Shown: positions 1 through 9,945 of the stretch, in pieces | Position numbering within the stretch: the first letter of the stretch is position 1 | How the letters are laid out: each line of letters starts with the position of its first letter | IMG/VR virus record: IMGVR_UViG_3300027782_000027 | Coordinates: 124,001 to 188,000 of that record | Strand: one strand, 5' to 3' | Length of the DNA: 64,000 nt | Position numbers and translations under genes: made by a program | The notes under the pieces: generated by a model | Seen by the model: only the letters and a program-made list of their open reading frames with translations | Told to the model about the DNA's origin: nothing | Databases searched by the model: none

Positions 1-1
1 A

Positions 2-1543
2 CCACCTATTTTAGTGTTAAGAATTGGTGATTTTTATAATTGTAAAATCGTACCTGAAACTTTAGGTTTTACATACGAAGCATTAGATTTTAATCCTGAA
101 GGTATTGGTGTTCAACCAATGATTGTTACTGCAAAATTAGGTTTTAAAATGATTGGTGGACATGGTTTAAAAGAACCGATTGAAAGATTACAAAACGCTC
201 TTTCATTTAATTATTATGCTAATACTGAAATGTATGATGAAAGGTCAATTCCTACTGATACAACTAAATTAACAGCAGTTTTAAATGGTGATACCGGTTT
301 AAGTTCAAATCTAAGAACTTTACAAAACTTAGCTAATCAAACTAATAACCAAAACTTGGCTAGTAATCAGGCGACAAATCAAAACCCAACCGATGGGGGT
401 AATTTTATTGGAAATGTGTCTGAGTCAACAAACACAAATGGTGTGTTAACAGGAACTATACAATATAAGAATTTAGTTGACTCAACTGTTGATAACAGTC
501 AAAATTACATGAATTTAGTTGAAAGTTTTATTACAAGTGTAACTAAAGAATATAATTATGGTGTTTTAACTCAGATATATAATGAAAGACTATTTAACAA
601 TGGAACTTTCAATTCCTTACAAGGACCTGTCTCAGACGTAAAAATTTTGGGTAAATTTAATAATTACTCAAATTATATTACAAGTGTAATGTCAGCATTA
701 ATTACTGAGATTGATAATGGTACAGATATATTAACTGTTTATTTGTTATCTAAGAATGTTCCGCAAAATGAAATTAGAATAGTTCAATCAAATTTTAAAG
801 CAGCTTGTCAAAATAGAAAGAATACAATATTACAAGGTATTGGTAGTAAAATACAATCAATAACTAATCAACAGTCTGAGATATATCAAATTTTTAGAAG
901 AATGGATTTAGTTTGTGATTCTACAGATGGTAAGTTAAATTCAAATGGTTCTATATTTGCATTAACTAATACTGGTGAACCTTACGGAACATCGGATACC
1001 TTAACGGATATTAGAACTGATTATACACAAATAGCTAATGATTTCAAAAGTTATTACTCTTTATTGTTATCTAATAATATAATTATTGAACCAGCGGTTT
1101 CAACATTGTATTTCACACCTTTCACTAGTTATAGTTCAACAGGTGGATTAAATTTATTCTTCACATTATTCTCAAACGATTTTACAGATAATCAATCTAT
1201 TGAAAATTTAAAGAATTTTTTAACACAAAACTATACACCTGTAAATGAAAACACAAAAACAAAAGTTTTAACATATTTGAGTTCTATTTCACAATCAATT
1301 ATTGATGAGAAAAACGCTCAAACAACATATGTAAATAATTTCTTTACAGGTCAAAGTTATTTGATTTATAAAAATTATAATCCACAAGTTGATGGTGTTA
1401 GTGTGAAAGGAAGGGATAGAGATTTTACATTTACTTCAGCAGGTTCAACATCAAATCAACAAACTAATGTTTCCAACATTTATAAAAATGTTAATATTGA
1501 TAATAATCAATCAACATACAACGGAAAAAAATATTTTAACTAA
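2..1543 (+). CDS. 5'-truncated large virion/baseplate-associated protein (C-terminal part)
   Basis: The frame is open from position 2 (PPILVLRIGDFYNCKIVP...), so the GTG at 14 is probably not the real start. It directly precedes a gp53/LysM-like gene and a hub-like gene. The function is inferred from context. Confidence 0.5.
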   Translation, partial: PPILVLRIGDFYNCKIVPETLGFTYEALDFNPEGIGVQPMIVTAKLGFKMIGGHGLKEPIERLQNALSFNYYANTEMYDERSIPTDTTKLTAVLNGDTGLSSNLRTLQNLANQTNNQNLASNQATNQNPTDGGNFIGNVSESTNTNGVLTGTIQYKNLVDSTVDNSQNYMNLVESFITSVTKEYNYGVLTQIYNERLFNNGTFNSLQGPVSDVKILGKFNNYSNYITSVMSALITEIDNGTDILTVYLLSKNVPQNEIRIVQSNFKAACQNRKNTILQGIGSKIQSITNQQSEIYQIFRRMDLVCDSTDGKLNSNGSIFALTNTGEPYGTSDTLTDIRTDYTQIANDFKSYYSLLLSNNIIIEPAVSTLYFTPFTSYSSTGGLNLFFTLFSNDFTDNQSIENLKNFLTQNYTPVNENTKTKVLTYLSSISQSIIDEKNAQTTYVNNFFTGQSYLIYKNYNPQVDGVSVKGRDRDFTFTSAGSTSNQQTNVSNIYKNVNIDNNQSTYNGKKYFN

Positions 1544-1869
1544 TGGCTAACGAATATTTAAATAGATACCAATTCTTTACGGCAAACGACCAACAAAATA
1601 CTATTCCGTATATTAATATTCCTTTGAAAAATTCCGATAAAAAATACATTTATAAACTTGGAGTTTCTCGTTTAGATAAAATATCCCAACTGTATTATGA
1701 CACGCCTTATTTTGGTTGGCTTATTTTACAATCAAACTCACAGTATGGTGGTTCAGAATTAAACATTCCTGACAATGCCGTTCTTAACATACCCTTCCCT
1801 TTAACATCTTCTTTATTAGATTATAAATCAGCTTTAGAGCGTTATTTCTATTATTATGGCGAACAATAA
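1543..1869 (+). CDS. LysM-like / T4 gp53-like baseplate wedge protein
   Basis: 108 aa with the motif RLDKISQLYYDTPYFGWLILQSN...IPDNAVLNIP, typical of LysM-fold tail X/gp53 proteins. It lies upstream of a hub-like gene. Confidence 0.7.
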   Translation: MANEYLNRYQFFTANDQQNTIPYINIPLKNSDKKYIYKLGVSRLDKISQLYYDTPYFGWLILQSNSQYGGSELNIPDNAVLNIPFPLTSSLLDYKSALERYFYYYGEQ

Positions 1870-4800
1870 TATTTTTATTGAAAAAGATGTAAATAATATC
1901 TTCATAGTTAATCCTAATAAAGTTACCAACCAATTTGGTAACGCTGAAGATAGGAATGTTCCTATGGAAGATTTGGTTTATTATGTCAATTTAGACTGTG
2001 ACATTAAACCAAGAAGTAGATTAATTGGTGGAGTAAAAGGGAATGATAAAACAACTCAAACTACAACTCAAACTACAACTCAAATTGCTTACGGTAAAAT
2101 TAATTTTTTAAAACCTAACGACCAAGATTATTTAACAACAAAATGGACTCAATTACAAACTGATGTAAATGACCCTAATACTATTAATGGTGAATTATTA
2201 GGGTTAAAAACCGTAACATATAAAGTTAATGCATCCTTTGTCCCAACGATAACGATAACTTTAGAAGATTCAAAAGGTAGAGCTTTAATGGAGAGTGGAG
2301 ACAACTCTCTTTATTCGGCATTTTTTAATTTACCATACCCAACTTTTCATTTAACTATTAAAGGTTATTATGGTAAGGCAATTAGATACCCTATAATACT
2401 ACAAAAATTTAATTCATCATTTAACTCAACTACTGGTAATTTTGAGTTGACGTTAAATTTTATTGCGTATCAATTCAATGTGTTAACCGATATTACAATG
2501 GCGTCTCTTTTTGCGGTGCCTCAGATGTATTTGAAAAGAACAACAACAAATATTCCTTTACAAGCGTCAAACGGTCAAACTGCGGCTAAAGAACAATTAT
2601 CACCACAAACACAGACTACTAATGAATACATCCAACAGAAAGGGATGGATAAATTAAAGGAAGTTTATAAAAAATATAAAACAAGAAATTTAATTGACCA
2701 AAATGTTCCTGAATTAACAATACAAGAACTTATAACAAAATTAGATAATTTTATTAATTATAGTTTAGAACAATTTGGTCAAGTTTCATTATCAGCGTTA
2801 AATGATGTTAAAGAATATTCCGATATAATAACGGACTATAGAAAGGCAATTTACACTGGTAGGGGAACATCATGGTTTGACGTTTACTTATCAAGAACAA
2901 AATTTTTTATTAAAAATGGTGATGTAAATGAGAACCAACAGATAGAGCCTAATGAAATAAAGTTTTATACATTTTCAGATACTAAAGGTTCATCTGAAAT
3001 TTTAACAGATAATGATACTGTTAATACTAGAAAAATTGATGGATTTAAGGAATTAGGGCCATTAATTGAAAGTTTTAATGAAAAATTATTAAACAACGCA
3101 ACTTTTGGTAAAAACGGAAAATATCCAATAACTGTAAATATAAAATTAGAAAATGTTGCAATTACATTACCAAATTCACCTAATTACAAAAAAACTTATA
3201 AATTAAGAAATCCTACTGTTAATGATGTTACTGACGAAAACATAAAATCAATTGAAAACGAAATAGAGAGATTACACAGTATAAATGACCCATTGAGTAG
3301 TGCTGAATTAAAATATTATTATTTTGATTTTGATTCACCAAATCAATTTAATGACCTATTAAATAAAATACAAGATAGTTTACAAGACGCTTCACAAAAA
3401 ATTGAAAAAGAGTTAACTGATGAATTATCTAAATTTATTGCATCTGCGACTGGTTTAGGATTTGTTCCGTCTTTAAAAAATATTATGGGGGTTATTTTAG
3501 CGTCAGCTGAAGCGTTTTTACTTTTAATGGATGATGTTCATGTTGCAGCATACCAAGTTAGAAATAATAAAAAGAAACAAACATCTGTTGGGAATGTTGA
3601 CATTAAAGGACTCCCTGATTCACCAGTTTATCCATGGCCATTATATACCAGAGTAAAAGAGTGTAATAAATATGAGATTAAGTATCCTGGGGATAATGAT
3701 GTAATTAATGATACAAGAGCATATGATTATGAAATATGGCCTGAAGTAGAATTTGTTGAAGAGTTTTTAAAGGGTTACATGCAAAGACAAACACCACCAT
3801 CTCCAGTTAGTCCTTTAGAACCAACAAGTGAGGTTAAAAGAATAATGGTCTCAGCTTTTGATACGATACCTACAAATATACCATACTCAAATTTAGAAGA
3901 GGTTAGTTTCTTTTATGAATTTTATGAAAGATTAATATCATTAGTTGAATACAACGGATTTTTAAGAAAAAAATTAGCAGACTCTGAATATAGCCAACAA
4001 CTTATTAATTATTTGTCAGATTCCGAAGGAACAAATATTGTTAATTCTATATTAACTTCTTCACCAAGTTTAGTTTCTAAATTTACAAATACACCATTTA
4101 CGGATAATGGAACATTTCAGGTGTATTTAAAATCAATATCTAATAATGGTACTGGTTTATTTTGGAATAATAAAGAAGCTGGTATTTTTAATACAACGTA
4201 TTTAAAAGAAAAAATAATAGACACACCAAGTGAGATTTTAATTTCAGATTTACCGTCTATTAAAATAACTTTAACAAAGACAGAGCCTGATATGACAAAA
4301 TATATGTCAAGTTCTGTCCATGACTCCAAAAACATATTTGATTTATTACCGTATAGTAATGAAAATTGGAGAGTAAGCAATCTATCTAATGGTGAATCTG
4401 AATTTTCTTTTGAAAATTCTTATAACAAAACTAAAGAGTCGTTATTTTACAATACATATACAAAAAAAATTAGTAATTACCTAACTCCACTTGGATACGG
4501 AACAAATAATGAAAAAAATCTTATCAAACCTTTTACCAACTTTAAACCATTTTATAATACAATTACACCACCCATTGATTTAACTTCATTTTATAATGAT
4601 AGAAAACCAAAAGATTATATTTTAACTGAAGGTAGAACAAAGTATTCGACAAATGAAGAAACTACCTCAATAATGAATACACCATATTTCATTAATGCTG
4701 TTCAACAAGGAATTAATAATTTAAGAAATAATACTCCTTATCCATTTAAAGCTGCCGCATATTTGTTTTTAAATAGTTTACCATTATCAACATTAAGAGA

Positions 4801-7800
4801 AAAATATTTATCTTTTGAAAATAATGAAAATGTTCATTTAAATTTTATTTCAGCATCTTTAAATAAATTTTCAGGAGTTCATTCATTACCAAAAATATGG
4901 GTATGTAAAATTGGTTCTATTTGGCATAGATATAAAAATTATATTTTAAATGATTCAGATATATTAACATCTATATGGACTAATTTTGATGTTTTAAATA
5001 ATTATTACCCGACATCTAATCCTACTTTAGATTATCTTTATTATTTATCGGGACAAACAGTTGATGGTAATAACTATGAATACAAAATTAAATGTTCGGG
5101 TTCTACAGGAACATCTTCGGGTACTTTAAATGAAATAAATTTAGGATTTTACCCAAAAATTATTAATGATTTTTATTACTTGATTTACAATCAAAATTTA
5201 TTTTTATCATCTGATACTATAACACAGATAACTGAAAAAATTAACACTCAAATTAAATTAGGAAATTTAATATTATTATCACCATCAGACTCGTCCTTTC
5301 AAACAGTTAAAACATGGTCAGTTCTAATAAAAAATCCGTTTTTTAAAAATTATTATGTTTTACCTTCTTTTGGATTGGGTAAAAACCAATTACAAAATTT
5401 ATATTCAAACAATATATCTGCAATAAATACGGACGGGAATTTATTTAATGGGTCAGTTAGATTACTATGGGGAGCACCAAACTACGGTTATTTTAATAAT
5501 ACAAATATAGTTAAACCAACTGTAAGACAACATCTAAAAAAAGTTTATAATGATTTAATAGAACAAGAAAGTTTTGAACTAAGAACTGACAGTGACTATT
5601 CTTCGATTGAAGAAATTTTTGGAGTTTTTACAAAAACTGAGTTAGACTTATTTGAATCTGAATTTTTAAGATTTTCCGAAAAGAAAGAAGCCGAATTAAG
5701 TCCTATAAACTTTCAAAAGATTTTATTAAATATTACTTCAAACAATTACATTGTATCAGGTTCAAGTGAGAATGATTTAGTTGAGGGAATTCAAAAACTA
5801 CAATTAAATTCTTTAAATACTCTTTTACCGCCATTAATGACTAATAATACATTATTCAAAAAAGGTAATACAACAGGATTTGATTTACCGACATTTAATT
5901 ATTTTAGTAATAGTCCAAGTAATCCGAAAATAAATGTTGATTTAGGATACACTGGAAATTTACCACCAGGATTTACTGGTTCAACAATAACTTTACAACA
6001 ATCACAAGAGCAAAATCCTAAATCGTGGGAGGAGTTACAATTACAAGTTGGGTTCTCAACAATTAATGGGGTTAGTTATACTGACGAAGGTTCTGCTTTA
6101 ACTGATTTTTTTATTGATTTTAACATTCCTTTTAATGTTGAAAATATACAAAGGTTTACAACCATCATAAAAATGTATGCAAGTTATAAACATACCACAA
6201 CAATTCAAAATGTTAGTGATTTATTTAAGGGTAAGATTTCAGATGTTTTATTAAATAATGATAATTTATACATCAAATTATTTGAGGGTGTAACTAGTTA
6301 TGTTAAAAAAAATCTACCTCAAACTGATACAACACAAGTACAGGAAATTGATAGTGTTATACAAGGATTTCAAAGTAAGATTGAACTTTACGACATGTTT
6401 AAGGCGGTTAATGATAAATGGGTCTCGGCAAATGACTATAATGAAAAAACTTTATTTGAAGATTTTTTATTTTTAGATAGAGCAAACAGAGACATTGGTG
6501 GGGAAATATATTTAGATATTAATTCAATTACTAAGTTTTTAAAAAACACATCACCAAAAACAAATGTGTTTACAATATTAGATTCTATCTTTAAAACACA
6601 TAATTTCATAACATTCTCAATGCCATCTTATATTAATTTTTATAACAATTACATTCCTTCTAAAAATTCGGAAAACAAACAGGAAGACCCTGATAGTTTT
6701 TCTAACAGTTTATTTGGGATTTTTAAAAGTGTTGATTATCAAAAAACCGCAGCTAAATTAGTAAGTATATATACTGAAAAACCTTCAACACAATTAAACA
6801 ACAAAAGTAAAAATAACGGATATAAAGATGATGGATTAAATATCATGAATGATGGTGACACATTGAGAGAATGTGACACAAGTAAAGTTCAGGATTTTGC
6901 GAAGTCTAATAAAGTTGTTGGTTTTGCGGTTGATTTTAATTTACAAAACCAAAGTGTATTTGAAACCATTAACGTGAGTCAAGATTTAGGTAAAGCCACT
7001 TCAGAATCTTTAACTGCGGAATTTAATTTGGCAAACGGAACCGCTGGGACTAACTCATCAACTCAGAATGTTAGTTTGTATAACATATATAAAGACAGAA
7101 GTTATTCATGTTCTGTTGATGGTTTTGGTAATGCTATGATACAACCAACCATGTATTTTGTTTTAAGAAATGTTCCATTATTTGCGGGTTCATATTATAT
7201 AACTGAAGTTACTCATACTATTAGCACAGAAAGTTTTAAAACTTCTTTTACGGGTACAAGACAAAATAAATATACTTTACCTAAAGTTGAGAATACGTTC
7301 CAAACATTAAAAACTGAATTATTAAAAACTTTAAATAAAAATTACAATAACAAAATTGCTAGTAACGCTTCATTATCACAAAATAAAAATAACATAAGTG
7401 CTCAAATAACTAATGGTATTAAAAATAATGATAAAGTTGCTAATGTTGGTACCTGTTCCTCGATGTTATTTGCGGATTATCAAACATATGTTTCATTAAA
7501 TACTCCAATAATTGCACATAACCCTGATGATGTTATTGGTGGGGTTCTTGATTCAACAACAACAACAACTGAATTCTTTACAACTTATTTTATATTTAAA
7601 ATTGCTTCATATGTTAAAGATGAATCAAATAATTCTTCGTTTAACGCAACCTCATTTAATTTTGCGGATATTACTTTAGATATACCATATAAGGGAGATT
7701 TATCTACTTTATTTTTACCAAACTTTGTTTGTGTTGCCCAAAGTGATAAAACAACAAAACCATATGCAGTTTTTAATAATATTTTTGATTGTATTACATT

Positions 7801-8053
7801 AGTTAAATTAAGATATACGGAATATTTTAAAGAAATATTTGATGATAGTATAACAATTAATCAAACTATTACTGATTTTAATCAAAAAAACGATATCCAA
7901 AAATTAGAGTTCAAAGAACAATTCGCAAAGATTTGGATAGAATATTTTCCTTACAATAAAGTAAAAGAATATCCTAGTATTTTTAAAGATTATAAAGAAA
8001 ATAACCCAACTGAGTATAAAGAATTATTAGATAAAATCGAGTTTCAGCTTTAA
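1856..8053 (+). CDS. Large baseplate hub-like protein (gp27/GpD-like domains with a large insertion)
   Basis: 2065 aa. The N-terminal region has PTITITLED...FHLTIKGYYG...FELTLNF. The C-terminal region has SCSVDGFGNAMIQPTMYFVL..VPLFAGSYYITEVTHTIS..FKTSFTGTR, resembling the end of GpD/gp27-type hub folds. Confidence 0.55.
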   Translation: MANNNIFIEKDVNNIFIVNPNKVTNQFGNAEDRNVPMEDLVYYVNLDCDIKPRSRLIGGVKGNDKTTQTTTQTTTQIAYGKINFLKPNDQDYLTTKWTQLQTDVNDPNTINGELLGLKTVTYKVNASFVPTITITLEDSKGRALMESGDNSLYSAFFNLPYPTFHLTIKGYYGKAIRYPIILQKFNSSFNSTTGNFELTLNFIAYQFNVLTDITMASLFAVPQMYLKRTTTNIPLQASNGQTAAKEQLSPQTQTTNEYIQQKGMDKLKEVYKKYKTRNLIDQNVPELTIQELITKLDNFINYSLEQFGQVSLSALNDVKEYSDIITDYRKAIYTGRGTSWFDVYLSRTKFFIKNGDVNENQQIEPNEIKFYTFSDTKGSSEILTDNDTVNTRKIDGFKELGPLIESFNEKLLNNATFGKNGKYPITVNIKLENVAITLPNSPNYKKTYKLRNPTVNDVTDENIKSIENEIERLHSINDPLSSAELKYYYFDFDSPNQFNDLLNKIQDSLQDASQKIEKELTDELSKFIASATGLGFVPSLKNIMGVILASAEAFLLLMDDVHVAAYQVRNNKKKQTSVGNVDIKGLPDSPVYPWPLYTRVKECNKYEIKYPGDNDVINDTRAYDYEIWPEVEFVEEFLKGYMQRQTPPSPVSPLEPTSEVKRIMVSAFDTIPTNIPYSNLEEVSFFYEFYERLISLVEYNGFLRKKLADSEYSQQLINYLSDSEGTNIVNSILTSSPSLVSKFTNTPFTDNGTFQVYLKSISNNGTGLFWNNKEAGIFNTTYLKEKIIDTPSEILISDLPSIKITLTKTEPDMTKYMSSSVHDSKNIFDLLPYSNENWRVSNLSNGESEFSFENSYNKTKESLFYNTYTKKISNYLTPLGYGTNNEKNLIKPFTNFKPFYNTITPPIDLTSFYNDRKPKDYILTEGRTKYSTNEETTSIMNTPYFINAVQQGINNLRNNTPYPFKAAAYLFLNSLPLSTLREKYLSFENNENVHLNFISASLNKFSGVHSLPKIWVCKIGSIWHRYKNYILNDSDILTSIWTNFDVLNNYYPTSNPTLDYLYYLSGQTVDGNNYEYKIKCSGSTGTSSGTLNEINLGFYPKIINDFYYLIYNQNLFLSSDTITQITEKINTQIKLGNLILLSPSDSSFQTVKTWSVLIKNPFFKNYYVLPSFGLGKNQLQNLYSNNISAINTDGNLFNGSVRLLWGAPNYGYFNNTNIVKPTVRQHLKKVYNDLIEQESFELRTDSDYSSIEEIFGVFTKTELDLFESEFLRFSEKKEAELSPINFQKILLNITSNNYIVSGSSENDLVEGIQKLQLNSLNTLLPPLMTNNTLFKKGNTTGFDLPTFNYFSNSPSNPKINVDLGYTGNLPPGFTGSTITLQQSQEQNPKSWEELQLQVGFSTINGVSYTDEGSALTDFFIDFNIPFNVENIQRFTTIIKMYASYKHTTTIQNVSDLFKGKISDVLLNNDNLYIKLFEGVTSYVKKNLPQTDTTQVQEIDSVIQGFQSKIELYDMFKAVNDKWVSANDYNEKTLFEDFLFLDRANRDIGGEIYLDINSITKFLKNTSPKTNVFTILDSIFKTHNFITFSMPSYINFYNNYIPSKNSENKQEDPDSFSNSLFGIFKSVDYQKTAAKLVSIYTEKPSTQLNNKSKNNGYKDDGLNIMNDGDTLRECDTSKVQDFAKSNKVVGFAVDFNLQNQSVFETINVSQDLGKATSESLTAEFNLANGTAGTNSSTQNVSLYNIYKDRSYSCSVDGFGNAMIQPTMYFVLRNVPLFAGSYYITEVTHTISTESFKTSFTGTRQNKYTLPKVENTFQTLKTELLKTLNKNYNNKIASNASLSQNKNNISAQITNGIKNNDKVANVGTCSSMLFADYQTYVSLNTPIIAHNPDDVIGGVLDSTTTTTEFFTTYFIFKIASYVKDESNNSSFNATSFNFADITLDIPYKGDLSTLFLPNFVCVAQSDKTTKPYAVFNNIFDCITLVKLRYTEYFKEIFDDSITINQTITDFNQKNDIQKLEFKEQFAKIWIEYFPYNKVKEYPSIFKDYKENNPTEYKELLDKIEFQL
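2051..2084 (+). repeat. In-frame 12-bp tandem repeat (ACAACTCAAACT x ~2.8; TTQT)
   Basis: Exact copies are visible: acaactcaaact acaactcaaact acaactcaaa. Confidence 0.9.
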
Positions 8054-8057
8054 CATA

Positions 8058-8065
8058 TATTTATA
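8058..8065 (+). promoter_or_regulatory. TATTTAT(A) putative phage (late) promoter motif, representative copy
   Basis: The same motif lies about 4-30 nt upstream of the starts at 8079, 12439, 17298, 19645, 28913, 34971, 36995, 43177, 59122 and 62737. Confidence 0.6.
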
Positions 8066-8078
8066 ATAAAAAACTACT

Positions 8079-8303
8079 ATGGACACAAAAAAAGTTTTAG
8101 ATAATTATTTAGGTAAAAACACACGTATTACCGAAAAAGAAATTGGTAATGGATTTAAAGAAGTCTGCGATTTAGACACTGGAGATTGTTATTCAATTAG
8201 AATGAAAGATGGTTTAATTGAAAGAGTCGATAACACTTTAAGAACAAACAGAAAAATAAACGTTGAAACAATACAAGGTTTCAAGCAACTATTAAACGGT
8301 TAA
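8079..8303 (+). CDS. Hypothetical protein, 74 aa (CDLDTGDC motif)
   Basis: Clean ORF that fills the gap between genes and is preceded by TATTTATA. Confidence 0.7.
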   Translation: MDTKKVLDNYLGKNTRITEKEIGNGFKEVCDLDTGDCYSIRMKDGLIERVDNTLRTNRKINVETIQGFKQLLNG

Positions 8304-8307
8304 AAAA

Positions 8308-8952
8308 ATGTCAGGAATAGATAAAACAATTTTAGAGGAAATATCAAGATATAAGAATATAAATAATTATATCTTTGAACAAGATGCTACGGCTCCAGCA
8401 CCTGAAGGTGATGTTCCTCCAGCACCTGACGCAGGAGCTTTACCTCCATCACCCGATGCTGGTATGGCGACAACACCACCGCCAACTGCAGAACCTATTG
8501 ATGTAGCATCAGACCCTGATGTTGAAAAGGTAGGTGAAGAAGAAAATGAGTCTGAAGAACTTGAAATTACTGATTTGGTAAATTCTCAAAAAAATATTGA
8601 AACAAAACAAGAAGAGTATTTTAATAATCTTTTTAATCAGTTAAATGGTTTAGAAAGTAAATTGAAAGACATGGAAGGTATTTTTACAAAGTTAAACGAC
8701 ATTGAAGCTAAGATTGAAAAATACAGAGAAAAAACTCCACAAGAAAAACTTGAATTAAGAAGTTTAGACTCAGGACCGTTCAATCAAAAACTATCTGATT
8801 TCTTTGTAGATAAAGAACAAGAAATGGAAAAATCAGGAAAAAATGAATATATTTTAACTACTGATGAAGTTGAAAGTTTTACACCTTCAGAAATTAAAAC
8901 GACATTTAACGATTTTGGAGACGAAACACAAAACAAACCTTTGAAATTCTAA
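8308..8952 (+). CDS. Hypothetical acidic protein with Pro/Ala-rich linker and coiled coil
   Basis: 214 aa. It has an N-terminal helix (ILEEISRYKNINNY), a disordered P/A/D/E segment and a heptad-like region (LNGLESKLKDMEGIFTKLNDIEAKIEKY). Confidence 0.7.
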   Translation: MSGIDKTILEEISRYKNINNYIFEQDATAPAPEGDVPPAPDAGALPPSPDAGMATTPPPTAEPIDVASDPDVEKVGEEENESEELEITDLVNSQKNIETKQEEYFNNLFNQLNGLESKLKDMEGIFTKLNDIEAKIEKYREKTPQEKLELRSLDSGPFNQKLSDFFVDKEQEMEKSGKNEYILTTDEVESFTPSEIKTTFNDFGDETQNKPLKF

Positions 8953-8960
8953 ATTTCGAA

Positions 8961-8992
8961 TTTGACTATCACGGCTGACACACTTATACTTG
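8961..8992 (+). promoter_or_regulatory. Host-RNA-polymerase-type promoter for the replication module
   Basis: TTGACT (8962-8967), 17 bp, then TATACT (8985-8990). The same bases also read as TTTG-N20-TATACTTG, one mismatch from the Bacteroidota -33/-7 consensus TTTG...TAnnTTTG. Confidence 0.65.
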
Positions 8993-9021
8993 AATATTAA
9001 CTAATAAATTATACACACAAA

Positions 9022-9861
9022 ATGGCGACAAATTCCCTAGACGCTGTACTCGCACAGTATGAAAAAGCGAAAAGTGGAGGTAACTCTGCAAACAAAATGT
9101 CTCAAGAAGACAGAATGAAAAAATATTTTGCAGCAATCTTGATGCAAAATGAGAACTCAGGACAGAAACGTCTTCGTATTCTACCTACACCTGACGGGTC
9201 ATCACCCTTCAAAGAAGTATGGTATCACGAAGTACAAGTTGAGGGTAAATGGAATAAAATCTATGACCCAGGAAAGAACGACAACGAGCGTTCACCTTTG
9301 ACTGAAATTCATGACGAATTAATGTCAACAGGAAAAGAATCTGATAAAGAACTTGCAAAGGCGTATAAGCCACGTAAATTCTATATCGTTAAAGTAGTTG
9401 ACCGTGATAACGAAGCGGACGGAGTTAAGTTCTGGCGTTTTAAACACAATTACAAAAACGAAGGTATCCTTGACAAAATCATTCCGATTTGGAAAGCTAA
9501 AGGTGATATCACTGACCCTGTTAATGGTCGTGACCTTATCATAGAATTGACAAAGGCTAAGACACCAAAAGGTGCTACTTACACAGTTATTCAGACTGTT
9601 ATGCATGACGACCCAACACCTGTTCACGCAGATGCTGAGACGGCTAAGGCTTGGACTGAAGACCCACTTACGTGGATGGATGTTTACTCTAAGAAACCTG
9701 TTGAGTATTTGGAAGCAATTGCTCGTGGAGAAACACCAAGATGGTCATCTGATTTAGGTAAATACGTTTATGGTGATAGTTCATCTGACGAAGGCACTAT
9801 CGGTGGTTCATATGTTGACCCACAGGCTGAAGCAGAGCCAGATGGTGATTTACCATTCTAA
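9022..9861 (+). CDS. T4 gp32-like single-stranded DNA-binding protein
   Basis: Motifs LRILP...PFKEVWYH, YIVKVVDRD, DITDPVNGRDLII, and an acidic tail ending DGDLPF. It is adjacent to a recombinase gene. Confidence 0.8.
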   Translation: MATNSLDAVLAQYEKAKSGGNSANKMSQEDRMKKYFAAILMQNENSGQKRLRILPTPDGSSPFKEVWYHEVQVEGKWNKIYDPGKNDNERSPLTEIHDELMSTGKESDKELAKAYKPRKFYIVKVVDRDNEADGVKFWRFKHNYKNEGILDKIIPIWKAKGDITDPVNGRDLIIELTKAKTPKGATYTVIQTVMHDDPTPVHADAETAKAWTEDPLTWMDVYSKKPVEYLEAIARGETPRWSSDLGKYVYGDSSSDEGTIGGSYVDPQAEAEPDGDLPF

Positions 9862-9867
9862 TTCATA

Positions 9868-9915
9868 AAAGGGTAGGTACAAGTATATACAAAGTGCCTA
9901 CCCTTTGTTATTTTT
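9868..9915 (+). terminator. Hairpin, probable intrinsic terminator or processing site
   Basis: 13-bp stem AAAGGGTAGGTAC / GTGCCTACCCTTT (one G-U pair), 13-nt loop, followed by GTTATTTTT. Confidence 0.7.
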
Positions 9916-9945
9916 AAACACAAACAAATTAAATCATAGACATTT

